32,000 bases of DNA from Cronobacter phage vB_CsaP_Ss1. The notes under the pieces were generated by a model that was given only the letters and a program-made list of their open reading frames with translations, was not told the origin of the DNA and ran no database searches. The DNA is taken from sequence record KM058087.1; one strand, given 5' to 3'. Positions within the stretch are counted from its first letter, which is position 1. Each line of letters starts with the position of its first letter. Position numbers and translations under genes: made by a program. This document shows positions 28,201 to 32,000 of this stretch, one piece after another.

Positions 28201-29041
28201 TGAAAATCTCCATCTGTTCATATTCACAACAAGGCTCATACCCAACTATAACATTGCCTTTTGTACACTGCCATAAACCGCCATCAAGGATATCAACATG
28301 ATGGCAGTTCTTACACGATTTCTTTATTGGCTCTTTATTAAAGCACACACTAAGAGCATCACATAGCTTACACTCATGCCACATTGGAGAGTCATTACCG
28401 ATACGAGGCAAAAGAGTATCAGCCATAACTGTCTCTGCTTCCTTCCGCTTGTTCTCATTGAAGTCAGCCTCATCAAAGTAAACCCACTCCAGATAAATCT
28501 CTGATGTGTCTTTGTTGTATGCTACGTACATGCCACGAGCCAACTTCTTGTAGCCCATGTAAGAAGTCATCTGCGCATAGTGCATAGGCTTGGACTTCTT
28601 AACACCATTCTTTTTCAGGTCAGCAAATGATGATGCTTTGTGGGTCTTGTATTCCATCAAGAACCAATCATCATCATGAGTGTAGAAGTTGCTATGACGA
28701 AGGAACATTCCAAGGCCATCAATGTGACCTTTCCAGTGACCAGCAAAACCAATCACCTTGTCTTGGTCGCCTTTGAATGTCATGCCAAGAAACATTTCTA
28801 ATTCTTTTCTCAGCTTTGGCTCCATCATATGACCAACACCAAACAATCGAATCATACGAGCTGAATGAGTAATGTCAAGGCAGTCATAGTGAGTATACTG
28901 CAAACGACGAACACATTTTGTTCCAATTGCTGACAACCCATTGTAATGACGATTCTCCTGATTCATAGGAGTATCATTGACCAGACGAGTCATTTCATCC
29001 TCAGGCCGAATAGGCTTGAGTACCTTAGTTAGTTTGACCAT
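28190..29041 (-). CDS. PD-(D/E)XK (Cas4-like) exonuclease
   Basis: 'GHIDGL...DWFLMEYKTHK...YAQMTSYM' nuclease core; Cys-rich C-terminus 'CKLCDALSVC...CKNC...C'. Confidence 0.75.
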   Translation of the reverse strand: MVKLTKVLKPIRPEDEMTRLVNDTPMNQENRHYNGLSAIGTKCVRRLQYTHYDCLDITHSARMIRLFGVGHMMEPKLRKELEMFLGMTFKGDQDKVIGFAGHWKGHIDGLGMFLRHSNFYTHDDDWFLMEYKTHKASSFADLKKNGVKKSKPMHYAQMTSYMGYKKLARGMYVAYNKDTSEIYLEWVYFDEADFNENKRKEAETVMADTLLPRIGNDSPMWHECKLCDALSVCFNKEPIKKSCKNCHHVDILDGGLWQCTKGNVIVGYEPCCEYEQMEIFNVD

Positions 29042-29092
29042 ATTGTCACCTAGTATTCATTGGTTTGGGAGGCTTGCGCCTCCCAAGATGCA

Positions 29093-29500
29093 TCAGTTTA
29101 TTTCAAAGTGAGGGGAGTCGTATTCACCCTTCTCACGGTAGTGTCCGTCACCGTCCCAGTCTGCGCCCCAACGCAAATTTACGTCCAACTCTTTGGCAGC
29201 CTGGAACATTGCGTCCTTGATTTTGTTGAACTTCTCAAGGTCATTCCAATCCAGCGGATACGGAACCAGGTCAACTGCCTTGCCTTCAATATGGCGTGAC
29301 TTCATAGTCCACGTCACAATCTTACCAGGCGCTGTACGACCTTGGGCATACAGCTCACGCTGACGTTCCAGAGTACGTACACCTTCCATTACAGTGAAGT
29401 CAACCTCACTAATTTCAATGGCACGCTTAACAACATTAACCAGCGTTTCATCAACGCCTTGCAAACGAGCCAGAGAAGTTTTGCCCAGCTCAAAGCCCAT
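29093..29500 (-). CDS. endolysin, M15 (VanY/DD-carboxypeptidase-like) peptidase
   Basis: 135 aa; 'EGVRTLERQRELYAQGR', 'SRHIEGKAVDLVPY', 'SPHFEI' metal-binding pattern. Confidence 0.88.
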   Translation of the reverse strand: MGFELGKTSLARLQGVDETLVNVVKRAIEISEVDFTVMEGVRTLERQRELYAQGRTAPGKIVTWTMKSRHIEGKAVDLVPYPLDWNDLEKFNKIKDAMFQAAKELDVNLRWGADWDGDGHYREKGEYDSPHFEIN

Positions 29501-29513
29501 AACCTTCTCCTAT

Positions 29514-29537
29514 AAAAAAGGCAGGCCTAAGCCTGCC
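29514..29537 (-). terminator. intrinsic terminator, leftward
   Basis: GGCAGGC-CTAA-GCCTGCC hairpin with T6 on the minus strand. Confidence 0.85.
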
Positions 29538-29554
29538 TCACCACTTACTACAGA

Positions 29555-30001
29555 TTAATCAAACTCAATCTCAGTGCCATCAGCATAGCGATAACCTTTG
29601 ATTTCGTTCTTTTCCGGCCACTCAGAAGTAGCAGCTTTCACGCTCAGCTTAATCTGGAGTTCAATGTTGTGCAGGTCAACAGTGTCTTCCAGCTCGCCTT
29701 CGTGACCAACAGCGGCGCAGATTTTCTTCAGGTCATAGCGAGCCAGCTTAACAGCTGTTTCATTTTTGTTTACGATGTTCAGGTTAGTGAACACGAAACG
29801 ACCTTCAGACTTCACTTCTTCGCCGTCAATTTCAGCATCTTCAACGATGCGGAATTTCAGAGCCAGATACTTGCCATCTTTGGCATTGGTATCTTTGAGT
29901 TCAGACTTAACCAGCTCTGCCAAGTACCAGCCAGCTGGAAGGGTCTTGAACTCCATTGCTTCTGCATCTTCTGGTACGAAAACATTCGGTAATAAAGCCA
30001 T
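29555..30001 (-). CDS. DUF669-like protein (possible ssDNA-binding role)
   Basis: 148 aa; 'LPAGWYLAELVKSELKDTNAKDGKYLALKFRI' as in phage DUF669 proteins beside recombination genes. Confidence 0.7.
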   Translation of the reverse strand: MALLPNVFVPEDAEAMEFKTLPAGWYLAELVKSELKDTNAKDGKYLALKFRIVEDAEIDGEEVKSEGRFVFTNLNIVNKNETAVKLARYDLKKICAAVGHEGELEDTVDLHNIELQIKLSVKAATSEWPEKNEIKGYRYADGTEIEFD

Positions 30002-30027
30002 GATTAGTGTTCCTATATATTGGATTG

Positions 30028-30130
30028 AGTATTCTATTAACTAGCCCGTTTAACGGGCTAGGCGTTTACTATAGCGCGTTTTAAGGGGTCGCGCTACCTT
30101 TTTTAGCCCTTTCTTTCTCTATCTTATCGC
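30028..30130. other. CA/TG-free island 6 (ATPase 3' end plus intergenic)
   Basis: 103 bp with no CA and no TG; contains a perfect hairpin. Confidence 0.85.
30041..30061. repeat. perfect inverted repeat CTAGCCCGTT-T-AACGGGCTAG
   Basis: 10-bp arms with a single central base, intergenic, no adjacent T-tract of terminator type. Confidence 0.8.
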
Positions 30131-30806
30131 TGATCTTTTTAAAGATAGCCGACATATCCGGCACACTGTTTTCATCTTTGGCATACTCGCCATCACGATT
30201 TAGCGCACCTGAACGGTCTTTACAGAACACTTTGCGCGAAGGTTTAACCTGGAAGAATGGCACACCTTTGCGATCAGTATCCAGATAGAAAAGCTCATCA
30301 ACCAAGTAAGGTACTTGATAGCCAAGTACATTACCAGGTAGCAGCAGCTCAGTAGTAATAGTTCCAGTATCCTCATCTTTCACATCAATTCTCTTACAGC
30401 AGAAGACAGTGTTGACATTCTTGAGGTCACGGAACTTCTTCAGCATAGGAATCATTGCCTGTGCCAGCGCAGCGTAAGCCTGACGGCCATCCTTATGCTT
30501 CGGCAGTTCTTGCGCAATAAGCACTTCCGCAATCTCTGAAAGCGAATCCAAACCAATGGTTTTATACGTCTGCCCAGCGTCCTTTTTAAGAAAATTGTAA
30601 GCCTCATTTAAATCATCCAGAGATTTAACTTCAATGAATGGAACATCTACCTCCATCAAGGACAGCAAGCCTTCTTCAGCGGAGATAATGATTGGCTTCG
30701 GCGCAGTTGCGATAGAGCGAGTCTTACCAACACCTGGTCCGCCGAAGATTATGCACTTGACACCATGAAACTGGATGTCAGCAGTGCTTTGCACTTTAAT
30801 TGCCAT
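30081..30806 (-). CDS. RecA-like AAA ATPase (Sak4-type recombinase/ATPase)
   Basis: 'CIIFGGPGVGKTRSIATAPKPIIISAEEGL', 'TIGLDSLSEIA' with position next to DUF669. Confidence 0.82.
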   Translation of the reverse strand: MAIKVQSTADIQFHGVKCIIFGGPGVGKTRSIATAPKPIIISAEEGLLSLMEVDVPFIEVKSLDDLNEAYNFLKKDAGQTYKTIGLDSLSEIAEVLIAQELPKHKDGRQAYAALAQAMIPMLKKFRDLKNVNTVFCCKRIDVKDEDTGTITTELLLPGNVLGYQVPYLVDELFYLDTDRKGVPFFQVKPSRKVFCKDRSGALNRDGEYAKDENSVPDMSAIFKKISDKIEKERAKKGSATP

Positions 30807-31083
30807 TTTCGTCTACCTCTTCCCACTCACCATTAATTGGGCCTTTGTTAGTCAGGGCCAAGAAGTCCTGCTTCTTGTTCTCCATAACAACAATATCAGC
30901 ATGCATCTTCTTAACACGCTTGTCGATTGCATCAGCAACCATTTGAGCATGCTCAGGCTTTAGCTGATTGTCATAATCAATATGAATCTCATTAAGAGAT
31001 ACATAACCATCATACACCCAGTCAGATACACTAATTTCACCTGTCGTTAATGACAGGATGCGGTGCATTACTTTAGTGGCCAT
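30796..31083 (-). CDS. hypothetical early protein
   Basis: 95 aa, overlaps ATPase gene start. Confidence 0.65.
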   Translation of the reverse strand: MATKVMHRILSLTTGEISVSDWVYDGYVSLNEIHIDYDNQLKPEHAQMVADAIDKRVKKMHADIVVMENKKQDFLALTNKGPINGEWEEVDENGN

Positions 31084-31124
31084 TTAAGTATTCTCAGTTT
31101 TGTGGGGCTTGCGCCCCACTATTG

Positions 31125-31517
31125 TTAATCTTCTGCCGCTTTTACTTTCATTGACGGCAGCGACGGTTTGATAGTGAGGAACTCATTAAGAGCCTCAGTA
31201 TCTTCTTCATTGAGCTGATCATAGACTTTCTTGTCAAGTTCGTACTTAACACGAATGCCATTGAGGGCATTCTCAGACAGCATACCCTGCTGAATTGCAG
31301 TGTCCAATTCTTCCTGATTGAACTTGTAGGTCAAGCCATACTCGCCAGTAACAATAACGTTACCAACCTGCTTTTTGACCGTACCAACCATGTCCATACC
31401 AAAGCATTCCTGCAGGATGCCAGCGCGCAGTGTGCGTTCTTCTTCCTGCAATTCTTTGATGCGGTCTACCAAGCGCTGTTGCGCTTCAATGCGTGCTTCT
31501 AATGCAAGTTCTGACAT
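31125..31517 (-). CDS. hypothetical protein, coiled-coil N-terminus
   Basis: 130 aa intact ORF in a tightly packed operon. Confidence 0.65.
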   Translation of the reverse strand: MSELALEARIEAQQRLVDRIKELQEEERTLRAGILQECFGMDMVGTVKKQVGNVIVTGEYGLTYKFNQEELDTAIQQGMLSENALNGIRVKYELDKKVYDQLNEEDTEALNEFLTIKPSLPSMKVKAAED

Positions 31518-31520
31518 ATT

Positions 31521-31925
31521 TTACTCTCCAGCATCAAGTAAGTGTTCCATCCCTTTCGGGATGCATGGTGCTGCTTGTGATACCCTGATGTAGAGCGCGC
31601 CTTCTGGCGGCACCTTGGCACCACGGTAAACAAACGTCTGATCAATCTGGCTGTCATCGACAATAAGGTTTGCATGAATCATAGCATCCTGTATTGGCTT
31701 GAGAATGTTATCCTGATCACGTGCCCTGTTATCAGGAACCCACATTATAACTTCCAGACGCAATCTCTCAGTCAGAGGAATCATCCCACCAAGTTGCTCA
31801 TGCGCATCTTTAATCAATTGCGCTCTGAACTTCTTGCCTTTCTGTGAAATGAAAACACCGCGCTGAGTCTTAACATAATAGTTGTTAATACTCGGCGGAT
31901 ATGCAGTGTACAATTCAAATATCAT
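31521..31925 (-). CDS. rusA-like: RusA-like Holliday junction resolvase
   Basis: 134 aa; 'PDNRARDQDNILKPIQDAMIHANLIVDDSQI' matches the RusA core. Confidence 0.88.
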   Translation of the reverse strand: MIFELYTAYPPSINNYYVKTQRGVFISQKGKKFRAQLIKDAHEQLGGMIPLTERLRLEVIMWVPDNRARDQDNILKPIQDAMIHANLIVDDSQIDQTFVYRGAKVPPEGALYIRVSQAAPCIPKGMEHLLDAGE

Positions 31926-32000
31926 GACTCCGCCTTATCAGCAAATGCTGCTAACAACTGCACACATGGAGTGTTCCGCTTCTTGAAGGCTGGATGTGAC
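31922..32000 (-). CDS. partial ORF running off the window (C-terminus ...HPAFKKRNTPCVQLLAAFADKAES*)
   Basis: Open frame with stop overlapping the RusA-like ATG. Confidence 0.45.
   Translation of the reverse strand, partial: SHPAFKKRNTPCVQLLAAFADKAES

Noticed and set aside
5482-30130. Explaining the islands as horizontally acquired domains or sequencing/assembly artefacts
   Set aside because: Reading frames stay intact, ligase motifs continue on both sides, edges differ, and non-coding DNA is affected too; these alternatives remain untested and would be checked by read coverage and homologue alignment.
1-32000. CRISPR arrays, tRNA genes, diversity-generating retroelement, transposons
   Set aside because: No regularly spaced repeats, cloverleaf-like sequence, reverse transcriptase or transposase ORF was seen by eye; a tRNAscan/CRISPR tool run would be needed to exclude them formally.

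Overview
The window is part of a tailed, apparently podovirus-like phage genome. Rightward virion genes occupy about 1-17.37 kb: portal, scaffold, DUF5309/SU10-like major capsid, adaptor and tail proteins, a very large tail-associated protein, a His-rich tail-fibre/collar protein, and internal/ejection proteins. Leftward replication and metabolism genes occupy about 17.4-32 kb: WGR-like + ATP-dependent DNA ligase, HNH endonucleases, MazG-like, DnaE-type DNA polymerase, DnaQ-like exonuclease, HAD+DUF3310, ThyX, FAD oxidoreductase-like, helicase, Cas4/PD-(D/E)XK-like nuclease, M15-type endolysin, DUF669-like, RecA/Sak4-like ATPase and RusA-like. The two blocks converge on a bidirectional terminator near 17.38 kb. 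The most unusual signal is not a gene. At least six short islands (about 100-170 bp, centred near 5.54, 11.34, 17.84, 21.65, 26.23 and 30.08 kb) are almost purged of the dinucleotides CA and TG. Other pyrimidine-purine steps (TA, CG) stay abundant. The best island is 167 bp with zero CA/TG. The islands sit in coding and intergenic sequence, on both gene orientations, and cross gene ends, so ordinary codon usage is a poor explanation. I know of no described system matching this; the function is open and several tests are proposed. All counts were made by eye and need computation.
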